Source: Felis catus
Lineage: Eukaryota
Assembly: GCF_018350175.1 (NCBI RefSeq)
Contig: NC_058368.1
Coordinates: 106,208,001 to 106,272,000 of the forward strand
Direction of reading: 5' to 3'
Length of the DNA: 64,000 bases
The first letter of the stretch is position 1. Every line of letters starts with the position of its first letter. The notes under the pieces were generated by a model. That model was given only the letters and a program-made list of their open reading frames with translations. It had not been told where the DNA came from and ran no database searches. Of this stretch, positions 48,861 through 63,200 are shown in pieces. A program made the translations under genes and the position numbers.

Positions 48861-51139
48861 CTCCATGGGCAAAAGGCAACCCTGCCTGTCATCGCTCCCT
48901 GGCCCCTGTTGGTTACAACCCTTCACAACTAATACTTCGGGTGTGTGATGAAGTGTGCATAGTATGGCTACAAAATAGTTTTACAGTTCTGTGACTGCTG
49001 GTATAATATCCCCTGTTCTATTTCAATCACTTACCCTTTTGTAGATTAGTAACCAACAGGAAAGGTTCAGAAAACTTTTCTGAAATCTCTGCTTCTTATG
49101 ATTTTGAAAGAGGGGCAGTTTTACAGTTATTGGTATCTTCCATGAATGCAAGAACACAGAGAGATAGAATTCGGTAAGGTCTAGTTTTGTCAGATCTGAC
49201 AAAATTATTTGATGAGTAGGAAAGTTACTTTGATTTCATTGTGGAATACCTACCTGCCTCTAACAGTAACAATATGAAGGTTGACTACGTTTGAAGAGCA
49301 AATTAATCTGAATTGCATGAATTCTTATCTTCACGTCTGCTCTTATTTTGCCATCCCTGCAAGCTGGGACTTGCATAGCAAGGTTAGGCTCCCATCTCCC
49401 AGCCAGTGGGCGGGCTCTTGGAGGAGTCTAGGCTTCTTCCTCTCCCCCATCTCTGCATTTTTTTCTTCGTTTCCAGTATGTTCTAGTCTTCTCTCCCTCC
49501 TCCCTTGGGTTAGGCTTTGGGTACACATACTGACACAGAACTGCAAAGAAAAGTTTTTGGTTGAATACCTCATTAACAAAGAACCTGGGAAGTTGAGTTG
49601 CACCACCAAGTGGAATTGAAGTATGACAAGTGATACTTACTTGGTATAATGTAATGGGTTTATGTATATTCTTCTTGCATGAAGCCAGGAAGGTAGAGGG
49701 TGAAGAGGCTCCATGGCAAGGACCTTAGCTAAAGTATTTAAGTATTTTAGATGAATAGATGCATACTGACAACTCGTGCAGAGTTTTTAGATTCACAGAG
49801 CAGTCTGGAAAAATTATCTACATTGATATGTAAGTGATCTTGAAGGTGTAGAACTTCACTAGTAACCTTTCTTGTATCATTATTGCACATCACACAATAA
49901 TGGGTTCGGCGATATATAGTACAAAGGTTACTCAAGACTGATTTCTCCTGGTTCCCATTGTCCTTCCAGCTCAACTTAGGACCTGATAAAGTAGCAAAAT
50001 GTTTACTCTCAAGTATTGATTTTGTCTTGTTTAATCTAAAGGAGTGGAGAAGCTGCATAGTCTCTCCTGTGTATTTTTTGTTCATTTGTTGTTCATTTGT
50101 TCAAGTTTACTAGCGTGATGAACTTTCTCTGAACTGCGACCATAAGCAGGATAAATAAGTCATACAGAATTTTGATATCATGGTGAATGGGGCAAGTGTG
50201 AATGAATGTGAATGAAGCAGAAAAAAAAATATCATAGTTCTTCTTTGGATATATTTTAACATTTTATTCCATTGCCCATATTATTGCTCAATCCAATTAG
50301 ATCACTAAATCCAATTTAGGTCACAGTTTCTAGAACAAATCAAAATTAAGTTGTGCTGAAATTTGATAAAGCCATAAATTGCTTTGACAAGAGCAAACGA
50401 AGAGGGCCAGAGTGTCCCTGAAAAGGTTTCTGTAGCCCTATTTTTAAAGCCAACCTGAGAAACATCCTACAGCCAGTCTCCTGAGGGATTCCTCTCAAAA
50501 TGTATAGGGCTTGTTACCTTTCAACATAGACATTCCAACTTTGCTCTTTGCTGAGTGACTGCCTAATTAGGACCAATTAATTTTGCAGTGTTACTTGTGC
50601 CAGAGTTTTGCTTTCCTTGCCAGTAACTTAATTGCATTGTTTCCTTGTTTTTAACACCAACAGTAAGTTTTGGTATATAAAAGCCTATTTGAGATGCTGG
50701 AGTTTTAAGCCAACAGCAGTCAATTTGCTTAGGAGTAGATAGGTGGAGAAATCAACCTTAAATCTTTTTAACAGTTCTTTTCAGCATATCTTTAAAATAT
50801 ATAAAGTACATAAGTTTTTCGGCTATGGGACAATTCCGTTTCATTTAGTTACTAGATTTTTGTTGTTGTTAAGATGTGGCTTATATCACAAGCACCTTTC
50901 TATATTTGAAGCTCTTAGCCTGAAATACAAGAAATTTTGTATTCTTGGCATCTTGAGTTAAACATATACATATGGTTCTTAGAGCCTTAAATGTTAGAGC
51001 TCTTAGAATCTCATGGAATGTTTCTGATGGAGATGTACCATTAAACCCTTGTATCCTCAGGGAAACTGTATTGAGGTGGAAAGAACAATTAGATGGTTGA
51101 GATGGAGATAAGCCAGACATTAAGGATAAGATGATCTGC

Positions 51140-51320
51140 TGCGCTCCCTCGCTCCCTCTGGTTTTACTTACTTGCAAATGGTGACAATACCATCTATTTC
51201 ACAGTGTAATTCTGAGATTAAATGATAGATCTTATGTAAAGTGGCTAGCTGAATGCCTGGTATGTGCCAACTGAAGCCTTAGTGAATTGAAATAATTGTT
51301 ACTATTATTATCATTATTAA
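51140..51320 (+). mobile_element. MIR fragment
   Basis: TGCAAATGGTGACAATAC...TCACAG...TGAGATTAAATGATA...TATGTAAAGTGGCTAGC...TGCCTGG; (TTA)n end. Confidence 0.7.
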
Positions 51321-52276
51321 GTCATCTGAGGCCTTTAATAAGGAAACTTGTTTGGATTTTGCTGCTACCATCTAATCTGGTGTTAGCTATAAGAAAGGCT
51401 AGTACGCGGTTTGGCATAGGACCCCAAACACCTTACTTTGGTATGTTTTAACAACATTTTATTTTCCAGAAGTTATCTAGAATCGATTTCAAACAGGTTT
51501 TACAGGTAGGCCAGATAATGTCTTATAATTCTGTCTCCATGAACAAGTCAAAAGGAGAAGATAGCAACTAATCTACCAGGCAAATTGTTAGTGGCATTAA
51601 CAAAAATGTTAACAGTTGCCTTTTACTCAAGGCTGACTATGTAAAAGATATTCCCAGTGACTCCGAGAGGCAGGTACAGAGTTATATATTGGAAATCGAA
51701 GGGAAGAAATTGATTGAGGGTGTCCAGGTTGACACAACTCAGGTTTAAGAGCAGACGTTCCCAACCTGGTCTCCTATATAAGACAGTGCTGGACTGTAGA
51801 GCCTAATTGTTTCTGAGGCTGTCAGTCCCCTGGTGATACTACTAGGAAAAAATACGCATTCCAGTTATATAAAAATAGTAAAATAAAAGTTGCCAATATT
51901 AAAATACCAGGTAGTTCATACACAGATAACTAGAAACAATTTAAATGGTTTTAAAACTTGTATTTCATTCTCTCACGGTATAAAGTTTCAAAAATACTTA
52001 CTAGGAAGTTTCCTGTGTGTACTCTGTAGTTTTGAAGAAGTGTCAAATGGCATTTCAGATTTCCCTGGAAAATGTCAGTGCTTACTGAAAAATAGGCTTA
52101 GATTAAACCTAGTCCTTTCCTCACAATATCTTAACTTTGATATTAGTGATAGTGGCTCTTGCCAAGATGATTGTCTATGTCTATATGCTTTTCTCTTTGC
52201 TTAGAATAAATAGGAAAATGTTGGGATGCTTGTATATCACTTTAAAAAGTCTGTGTAATTATATTCTTTGACCTAT

Positions 52277-52311
52277 TTACTACTACTACTACTACTAATA
52301 ATAATAAATAA
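52277..52311. repeat. (TAC)n(TAA)n microsatellite
   Basis: Seen directly. Confidence 0.9.
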
Positions 52312-52329
52312 TCTCTTCCTTTTCTAAAG

Positions 52330-52500
52330 TACTTAATAAATTACAAATTGTTTTTATATGTATATCTTATGTGATTCTCACCACAGCCATAGTAGCCTTG
52401 TTCTAAAGATCAGGAAAGCATAGGTTAGAGAGGGCAAGCTGTTCCCTGAAGCTCACATATGTAGAAGCATATGACTAGAGCCTGCATTTTCTGATGCAAA
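52330..52500 (-). mobile_element. MIR fragment
   Basis: ATTCTCACCACAGCC...GGTTAGAGAGG...CCTGAAGCTCACA...ACTAGAGCCT...TTTCTGATGCAAA. Confidence 0.6.
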
Positions 52501-52739
52501 AGCCTGCGGGTACACCTTTGTCCTTGTCCTCGTGGTCCTGTTCATTCCCCCATCTCCATCTTTTCCTTTCTTTTCTGTTCTCCATCCCCCCACCCCCACC
52601 CCACCCTTCCCCCTTTCCCTTCCTTCTCTCTCACCTTTCATCTATCCACTTACTTTCTTTCAGTACCTTTTCCACTAAACCGTCCTGCCTCTCATATACT
52701 CTGGCTATTTATTCACAGCCGCCCAATGGAGTGGTAAAG

Positions 52740-52910
52740 TTCTAGTTGCTATTTGTGTCTCTCTGGGGACTAGACCGAATGGGGATGTAAGCTCTTTGAG
52801 CCAAGGAAGTTGGTTTGGTTCACCACTAAATTCCCTGAACTTAGCACAAAGGAGATGCTCAACAAATATTTATTGTCTAGATGGATGAATGAATGAATGA
52901 ATGAATGAAC
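52740..52910 (+). mobile_element. LINE-2 3' end with a (GAAT)n tail
   Basis: ATGTAAGCTCTTTGAG...GTTCACCACT...AGATGCTCAACAAATATTTATTG...GAATGAATGAATGAA. Confidence 0.8.
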
Positions 52911-53959
52911 TAATGAAAAACTCCAAAGTACATATATACACTCAATACCTTTTTATTTACTTGCATAGTTTTGCTAATAAACTGTCCCTCTGCTGTTCAT
53001 CTGGTAACTGATTTTGACAGTAGATATATCTGTGGAATTTCTTTGTTGTTTTATTTTATATTAATGTTGCTAAGTGTTAGGATCATGACTTCCCAAAAGT
53101 ACAAAGTCTTTTAGACGCACTAGGCATCCCCAAGTTTTCAGATTTACTTGCACGTGTGTGTTTTGTACTCTCTGCCTTCTGAATATACACAAATTATTAT
53201 CAGTGGATAGCTAAAAAAATACATATTAATATTACCCTGAACTCTTACTTTAGATTCAATAGTATTTTGTGTTTCAACATGTTTGGAAGGGTTTTGCGTT
53301 CCTGTTCCCAAGAAACAGTACTATAAACTTAAAGTAACATGCAGGTTTGCCTCGTTAGTTTTCATGAACCATCTCATTCAGACTGTTCCAGTCATCAAGC
53401 CTTTGTAATTCTCCCAATGACTATCAGCCTTAAAGATAACTGCTTTTTAAAGACCAAGAGGAAGAGTTAGGAGAAAAATGAAGTCCTTTTAAGTTGTATA
53501 GAAAGGAATGCATATTCAGATAAGATACATGGCTCATGTACACTTTTATCATTTAATCCATGTGCCATAATTATCTTCACATATATTGGTTTTAATTTGG
53601 GGGGCATTTTGATATTTATGCTAATGTTTAGTGGAATGACTGGCTGTTTTGCATTTTTCTTTTCCATTTTAGACTTAGCTCCATCAAAGATTACCTCCAT
53701 TCCAAAAGAAAATTGCTCACTTCAATAGGAAGGTTCAGTGGCTTCATGATTCATTAACTAACAAATACAGTGTTCTAAGTACTGATACATTTGTAGTTTT
53801 CTTTCTTTTCTAATCATGGGGACACTCAATGGGGTTCTTATTTACACTGTCTGCTGAACACGTGTTTACTGTAAGGGGATGATGTTTGAATACTGGCAGG
53901 AGCAAAAACTACTTAAAAGGACATCGTGACTGCTTAGAGAAGTGGCAGGGTAAAATGAG

Positions 53960-54135
53960 AAGTATACATCTTGGAGCCAGGAAAACTTGGGCTTGGATCC
54001 TAGCTCTGCCATTAACTGACTGCTGACACATAGCAGATGATCAATGAGTATCACTGGGTCTTTTGTGAATTAAACGTAAAGAACGCAACAGAGTCACTGG
54101 ACCGTAGTATCTATCCATTAAATGGTTGCTATAAT
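53960..54135 (+). mobile_element. MIR fragment
   Basis: TTGGAGCCAGGAAAACTTGGGCTTGGATCCTAGCTCTGCCATTAACT. Confidence 0.7.
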
Positions 54136-55384
54136 TATTTTTAATTGCAGAGGAGCAGAGACATGTATACGAAGTAGGAGTCTCTGTCGTTGTTGGGGAG
54201 AAGGCTGACAGGAGGGAGTTCCAGGCACATGGCACACGGCCCATGTGAACTGGTTTTAAGCATCTATTGTGTCCTCCCCAGTAGCATTGCAAACATGTCC
54301 ACTTTCCCGTCATCAGCAGCTGGGGCTGGAAGAGTGTCAGGCACAAATTAGCAGCCAAATGGGTTAGCTCTTCTGTGGCCGAGAAAAAGAGGATACTTCC
54401 ATTTATAACCAAAGAGGAATGTGGAAAAGAACTCTGATGGGGTCCGAAACTTGTAGAAATACCACCTTGTAATTGCCTTTTACCACTTTATCCTCTACTT
54501 ACTGTTTAGTCTGTGTCTAGAGAGCTTTTCTATGCATTTACTGGTTTATACTACTTTGTCACTGAAAAATAGTAAGCCAAATATACTGTGGCGTTGTGGT
54601 CCCATTTGAGTAATAATTTTTCATTGGCAATAGGAGATGTGCTAGAAACAAAGTCAAATGAAGTGTTCTACTTTCTTTTTTTGCACAGTTTTACCCATAA
54701 GGAATATGATGTCTCTTCCTCAAAATGGGTGGGGATGGCCAAGAGTGAAAACACATAAACCCCCTTACAAACTCATGTGCATATATTCAGGGCAGCTAAT
54801 AAAATCGTTTCAGGGAAGAATATGTTATCACAATTGAAAGTCTTGTGCTTCTGTGCCCTTCCTAGGGTTATTATGATAATCAATAAACTAATATTCATTA
54901 GGATATCAACTAAATATCAACTTTCTTAGAAACCAGAGTCTGCCCATGTTTTCTATGAAAAACCTGTTCTAAGCTGCTGAAAACTGCCCTAAGTAGTAGG
55001 ATGGTAGTTAAAGCATGAAGTGAGGTCTATAATTCCACTTTGGATTCTGTGTGATTATTGCTTTGGAGTGTGAAAAGCTCAATCTAAACATTTGTAGTTG
55101 AATTTCATATAAGTTTTCTTCTCACCTAAGAATTCAAGTATATTAAGAGCCACAAGCTCTTCCTTTGCAAGCCTTTTAATAATGTAATTCATGTTAATGG
55201 CATAGTAGAGTGATATATTAATTTGTACTATCAGAAATAGGAATAAGAGACTTGCTGGAGAAACAACTTCATTGGTACAAAAAGTGCTACATGATCATAA
55301 GCAGAGATCACAACTTACCTGTTTTTATGCTTGCAACACCACCTAATGAAATGCCTTGCATGCTTGAGACATAATGTGTGTTTT

Positions 55385-55403
55385 TTTAAGTTTATTTTTT
55401 TCT

Positions 55404-55451
<48 letters not shown>

Positions 55452-55691
55452 TGCATGCATACAAGCAGGGGAAAGGCAGAGAGACAGGGAGAGAGAGAAA
55501 ATCCCAAGCAGGCTCCAACCTGTCAGCTCAGGTCCTGACATGGGGCTTAAACTCACGAGCCGTGAGATCATGATGGGGGCTTGAACTGTGAAATCACAAC
55601 CAGGATTTGAACTCATGAATCATGAGATCATGACCTGAGCTGAAAGAGTCAAGAGTCAGATGCTTAACCAACCGAGCCACCCATGTGCTCC
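55385..55691 (-). mobile_element. CanSINE with internal tandem duplications
   Basis: About 300 bp; B-box-adjacent segment present three times at 55542-55633. Confidence 0.92.
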
Positions 55692-56403
55692 AATAATAAG
55701 TGTTTCTTAAAAGAACCTATTGCTTTGAAAGTCTTCTCCATTTCAGCCTTGTCCTATAATGTTGACTTAATTAAAGGTCACAGAATATTCAGCTGTCTCA
55801 CTTTCTTATGGTAGTTTTCCATCAAAACCTGCATCCACAGTGGATTCCGTGGGCAGAGCTCAGTTCTGTAAGTACATCTCTGTCCAGCAACTCCCGTGTG
55901 TGTGCCAGGCACAGTCCGCTCAAGTATGGATTAGGGTCCACATCATTACCTTGAGATGTTTACAGTTCTCTGGGTTTCAGTGGTAGCACACTTCACTAAA
56001 GAGTAAATCTTCATGAAAAACACAGGCAAATTTCCTTGAGGCATTTGAACAAATGCTCTTTTCTGTCAGGACTTAATGTTTAGAATTTACTTTCAAAATT
56101 ACACTGAAACTTTTCATTTTGTTAACATAAATTGGCCGTGATAAATAAAATAATATTTTATCTTCTGCAAGACTTTTTAAATTTTTATTTCAGTTTTCAC
56201 TATCCTCACCCACATTTCCCACTAATACTGAAGAAATAATTTGTGTGATGAAAGTTCTGTGGAATTCTAAATGTTTCAGCTAAGTCAGTTTAATGTTAAC
56301 ATACGAAGGAAATGAAATTGTATTTCCTCTAATTCTTAGGAATCTACTCACTTCCTTTTTCTTGTAAAAATCATGACTCTTTGACAACATTGAGTGTTTT
56401 TTA

Positions 56404-56725
56404 TTATATATATATTTTATAATATATATTTATTTACATATATATTTTTAAAATATATATTAAATAAGTATATATATTAATATTAGTAAATATTAATCTA
56501 TATTAAAATACATATATATGTATTTAAAGTCTACTTATTTATTTTGAGAGAGAGAGAGAGCGAGCAGGGGAGGGGCAGAGAAAGAAGAAGAGAGAGAATC
56601 CTAAGCAGGCTCTGCACTGGCAGCCTGAAGCCTGAGTCTGGGCTGGAACCCATGAACCGTGAGATCATGACCTGAGCTGAAATCAAGAGTCGATCATTTA
56701 GCCAGCTGAGCCAGTCAGATGCCCC
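56404..56725 (-). mobile_element. CanSINE with an AT-rich low-complexity tail region (56404-56525)
   Basis: Body ~56526-56725; flanks TGAGTGTTTTTTA / TGAGTATTTCTTTA. Confidence 0.9.
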
Positions 56726-57599
56726 TGAGTATTTCTTTAGCCTCTACAATTCCAACAAAGATTTCAGGCCAGAATTCATCATCCTCTAACTTTCTTTGTA
56801 CTTATTTTTCCTATTTAGACATACCTACCATTATGAACATATAAAAGTTTATGCTGTTAATTTACAATTCCCTGTGAGCGATTTGAAATTAAGATAATGA
56901 AATGAGTCACTTAAGAGACTTGTACTTACATGTTCAAAATGTGAGAAAGAGTCTTTAAAATAAAAGAAAATAGAAAGTCTAGATGATTTGTTTGTCCTAT
57001 TTTTTCATTTATTTGTGGCTTGTTCTCCCCCCCCAGCCAGCATTCCTTGTGATTTTTCACTTCTTCTTACCAAAGCAACCTGCAGCATGCTGTATATGCT
57101 CAGTGGAACTCTGGACTCTTACAGTTTATTTTCTTTGGATTTGCTATAGGAATAGAAATTAATTCAGAAAAGCTCAAGTCCCAGTTTTCCTCCCTACGTC
57201 CTACATATGAACTCCTTATGATTTTCTGTGTTTCCCTAGTATTATTGCAGGTTTTACTTGTGAACAACCTGGTCCCATTTGACATATGTCTCTTGCTGTT
57301 TCTTTGTGATCAATCTGAATGATAGATTTTGAGGAACTAAATCATGAGTTTTTTCCCAAATGTATTGAATTATAGTAGAATTAAGTAGTGGCTGACAGGT
57401 GGCTTTTTGAGGTAATCAGATTCTGATTTACATTTCAAAAAAGGTGTTTAATGCAGCACACTGAGTTCAGCTTCGAATATATCTTGTAATTATTTTTAAA
57501 ATTTTGTTAAAAATTTAGAAAAAAATATAATTGATTGGAAATGTTCATATCTATATGTACTTGAACATTCTGACCAGGGTATATTTAATATTTAATATG

Positions 57600-57782
57600 G
57601 TTTTTTAATGTTTACTTATTCGGGGGTGAGAGGGGCAGAGAGAGCAAGAGAGTGTGAATCCCAAGCAGGTTCCATGCTCAGTGCAAAGCCCAAAGTGGGG
57701 CCCAGTCTCATAAACTGTGAGATCATGATCTGAGCTGTAGTCAAGTGTTGGACGTTCAACCTACTGAGCCACACAGTGCCCC
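57600..57782 (-). mobile_element. CanSINE
   Basis: TTTAATGTTTACTTATT...CTGTGAGATCATGATCTGAGCTG...GAGCCACACAGTGCCCC. Confidence 0.9.
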
Positions 57783-59497
57783 TAATATTATTTTTTATAA
57801 TTGATTTTTTTATGAGGTAGTGTATACCCTTTAGAGATGATCAAACACAGGTTAGAATAACAATTCTGGAGGAGGGGCCAAGATGGTGAAACAGCATGGA
57901 AGGTTTTTTTTGGTGTCTCATCCATGAAATACAGCCAGATCAACACTAAACCATCCTGCACACCTAGAAAACTGATTTGAGGATTAACACAATAATCTGC
58001 ACCACCTGAACCATAGAACTCAGCAGGTACACAGTGCAGAGAGGTGAACTGGGGGAGAGAGAAACCACAGAGGGCAGGGAGCTATTTTTGCTTGCAGAGA
58101 GAGGACGAAGATGGCAGGGAGAATATGGGAAGAGCACCCCCCCTCCCAAAGTAGCTGGAGAGAAAGTGGAAGAGTGCAAACAGCCACAAGGGACTGAACA
58201 AAAAAAGGAAAAAGGAGAAAGGAGAGGGTTTAAATTCCATTAAGACTCTATAAACAGGGGATGTGCAGAGTCTGAAAACTCTGCAGATCAATGCCTGGCA
58301 GTGCTCTGGTGGGAAAGGCAAATCCCCAGGAGTAGAGAGCAAAGTCCAGGAGGCCCTCAGGTCACATGGGGAGTGGCGGTTCCTTTGCTGCGAGGATATT
58401 TGGTAGAGGCTGTGTGGCCTCTCCACAGGCAAAGGAGAACCCAGAGAACACAACATTCACTGGTGTTGAAACAAGGACATTAAGGGTGAAGTCTGGTGCC
58501 AGATGTGTGTTGTGATTTAACCATAATCCTTGACATGCTGCTGCTACATGATCGCACAAACTTTTTGGGGGCAGCCTGGCACCGAGCAGCAGTCTCTGGT
58601 CATCGGTAGCAGCATGGTCCTGCTGATGTTCCTGGGGGCGGGCCAGCACCCAGCCATTGCTCAGTGAGACCCTGCCCAGAGGGTCTGAGTGGGTCAAAGC
58701 CACAGTCCCTCAGAAGTGAGGGGTGTGGGAAACACAGCCCCATCTGAGATAAAACTCAGAAAGGAAGTGCCACCTGTCAGCCTGATGGCTTGGTCACAGA
58801 AAGTGGAGAAGCGGGGAGTGGACAGAAGCCAGAGACAAGGAGGGGTGTAGATTGCCAGTAGGAGAGAGCACAGAGTTCTAAAACTAGAGACTGGGTAGCT
58901 GGGTATGCCATTTTCACCTGCGCATGTGCATACATGCCTACAAGCACCACAACAATCCACCCCGGTAAGCTAAGCAGTGCCATCTAGTGGAGAATGGAAC
59001 CATGACACTAAGCCCCTCCCAAATGGGCTAAACATGCTCTTGAGGAACACCACAAGTCTCTCTGCCTGCTTAGTTTACAGACTATAAGGTGCTTCATAGT
59101 TTGACTTCTAGGGGAGACCATATGTAATTTCAATCGTATTTCATTCTGTTCCCTGATCCATCTATCCAATTTTGTTTCTTTTCTTATTCTTGAATACAGA
59201 AAAGGAAAATTTTTATTTTTATTTTCCATTTTTATTAAAAAGATTTTTCTTTAATTTTTTCTACTGTATTTTTTACTTTTTTGTAAATTTTTAAAATTCT
59301 CTTTAGACTGTCATCATTTCATTTTATTCTACTTTATTGTATTTATTTTTTCTAATTTAAAAACATTTTCTTTTTTTTCTTTTCTTATCTTTTCCTTTTT
59401 TCTTTAATCTGTCAACCTTCTTTCAACAACCAGACCAAAACACACCTAGGATCTAGCAACCCTTATTTGATTTTTTTATGTTGTTTTAAATTTTTTA

Positions 59498-60295
<798 letters not shown>

Positions 60296-63200
60296 ATGTT
60301 GTTTTTAATTTTTTAATTTTTTTTACTTTATTAATTTATTTTCTTCCTTCAAAATGATGAAATGAAGGAATTAAACCCAAAAAGAAAGAACAGGAAGAAA
60401 TGAAATCCAGGGACTTAACACAGATACAAGCAAGATGTCTGAACCAGAATTTAGAATCGTGATAATAAGAATACTCGCTGGGGTTGAAAATAGATTAGAA
60501 TCACTTTCTGCGCAGATAAAAGAAGTAAAAGCTAGTCAGGATGAAATGAAAAATTCTGTAACTGAGCAGCAATCTCTAATGGATGCCACAGTGGCAAGGA
60601 TGGAGGAAGCAGAGCATCAAATCAGTGATATAGAGGACAAACTTATTGAGAATAATGAAGCAGAAAAAAAAGATGGAGACTAAGGCAAAAGAGCATGATA
60701 AAAGAATTGAAGAACTGAGTCACTCATTAAAAAGGAATAACATCAGAATCATAGGGGTCCCAGAAAATGAAGAGAGAGAAAAAGGGGTAGAACATTTATG
60801 TGAGCAAATCATAGTGGAAAACTTTCCTAACATGGGGGAAGACACAGACATCAAAATCCAGGAAGCACAGAGAACACCCATTAGATTCAACAAAAACTGA
60901 CCATTAACAGGCATATTATAGTCAAATTCACAAAACACTCAGGCAAGGAAAGAATCTTGAAAGCAGCAAGGGGAAAAAAAAGTCCATAAGACTTTGAAGC
61001 GGACCAATCCACAGAAACTTTGCAGGCCAGAAAGGAGTGGCAGGATATACTCAATGCACTGCATCATAAAAATATGCAGCCAAGAATTCTTTATACAGCA
61101 AGGCTGCCATTCAAAATATAAGGAGAGATAAAAAGCTTCCCAGACAAACAAAAATTAAAGGAGTTCATAACTACAAAACCAGCCCTCCAAGAAATTTTAA
61201 GGGGGACTCTCTGAGGGGAGAAAAGAAAAAAGAAAAAAGAACAAAACAAGACCAAAAGCAACAAAGGCTAGAAAGGACCAGAGAACACCACCAGTAACTC
61301 CAACTCTAAAGGCAACATAATGGCAATAAATTCATATCTTCAGTACCCACTCTAAAGGTCAATGGACTAAACGCTCCAATCAAAAGACATAGGGTAACAG
61401 ATAAGAAAACAAGATCCATCTTTATGCTTTTTACAAGAGACCCATTTTAGACCTAAAGACACCTTCATATTGAAAGTAAGGGGGTGGAGAACCATCTATC
61501 ATGCTAATTGTCGCCAAAAGAAAGCCAGAGTAGCCAAACTTAGACAATCTAGATTTTAAAATAAAGACAGTAACAAGAGATGAAGAAGGGCATTCTATCA
61601 TAATTAAGGGGTCTATCCACCAAGAAGACCCAACAATTGTGAACATTTATGCTCCAAACATGATAGCACCCAAATACATAAATCAGTTAATCACAATCAT
61701 AAAGAAACTCATTGATAATAATACCATAATAGTACAGGAATTCAACACCCCACTAGCAACAAAGGACAGATCATCTAAACAGAAAATCAACAAGGAAACA
61801 ATGGCTTTGAATGACACACTGGACCAGATGGACTTAACAGATATATTCAGAACATGCCATCCTAAAGCAGCAGAATATATAGTCTTCTCCAGTGTGCATG
61901 GTATGTTCTCCAAAATAGATCAAATACTGGGACACATATCAGCCCTCAACAAATACAAAAGGATTGAGATCATACTGTGCATATTTTCAGACCACAATGT
62001 TATGAAACTTGAAATCAACCACAAGAAAAAAATTTGGAAATGTAACAAATACTTGGAGACTAAAGAACATCCTACTAAAGAATGAATGGGCTAACCAAGA
62101 AGTTAAAGAGGAAATGAAAAAGTACATGGAAGCCAATGAAGATGATAACACCACAGCCCAAACCTCTGGGATGCAGCAAAGGCAGTCATAAGAGGGAAGT
62201 ATACAGCAATCCAGGCCTTCCTAAAGAAAGAAGAAAGGTCTCAGATACACAACCTAACATTACACCTTAAAGAGCTGGAAAAAGAAGAGCAAATAAGATC
62301 CCAAACCAGCAGAAGACAGAAAATACTAAAGAGTAGAGCAGAAATCAATGTTATCGAAACCAAAAAACCAGTAGAACAGATCAATGAAAGCAGGAGTTGA
62401 TTCTTTGAAAGAATTAATAAAATTGTTAAACCCCTAGCCAGTTTGATCCAAAAGAAAAAGGAAAGGACCCAAATCAATAAAAGCAAGAATGAAAGAGGAG
62501 AGGTCACAACCAACGTGGCAGAAATACAAACAATAATAGAATATTATGAGTAATTATATGCCAATAAAAAAGGGCAATCTGGAAGAAATGGGCAAATTCC
62601 TAGAAACATATAAACCACCAAAATTGGAACAGGAAGAAATAGAAACTTTGAACAGACCCATAACCAGCAAAGAAATCTAATTAGTAGTCAAAAATCTCCC
62701 CAAAAACAAGAGTCCAGGGCTGGATGGCTTTCCAGGGGAATTCTACAAAACATATAAAGAAGATTTAACACCTATTCTATTGAAGCTGTTCCAAAAAATA
62801 GAAATGTAAGGAAAACTTGCAAACTCATTCTATGAAGCCACCATTACCTTGATTCCAAAACCAGACCCCACTAAAAAGGAGAATTACAGACCAATTTCCC
62901 TGATGAACATGGATGCAAAAATCCTCAACAAGATACTAGCCAACTGGATCCAACAATACATTAAAAGAATTATTCACCCCGACCAAGTGGGATTTATATC
63001 TGGGATGCAGGGCACTGGTTCAATATCCGCAAAACAATCAGTGTGATACATCACATCAAGAGAAGAAAGCATAAGAACCACATGATCCTCTCAGTAGATG
63101 CAGAGAAAGCATTTGACAAAATATAGTATCCTTTCTTGATAAAAACCCTCAAGAAAATATGGATGGAAGGATCATACCTCAAGATCATAAAAGCTGTATA

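Noticed and set aside
48380..48892. 170-aa antisense ORF
   Set aside because: Shadow of the SLC27A6 coding exon
48837..48994. C-terminal part of the 212-aa ORF
   Set aside because: FATP similarity ends at RALVVGA, where a GT donor occurs; the rest is intron read-through
48995..57860. Further SLC27A6 exons
   Set aside because: No FATP-like peptide, including the AMP-binding TSGTTG motif, was recognised; the next exon must lie beyond the window
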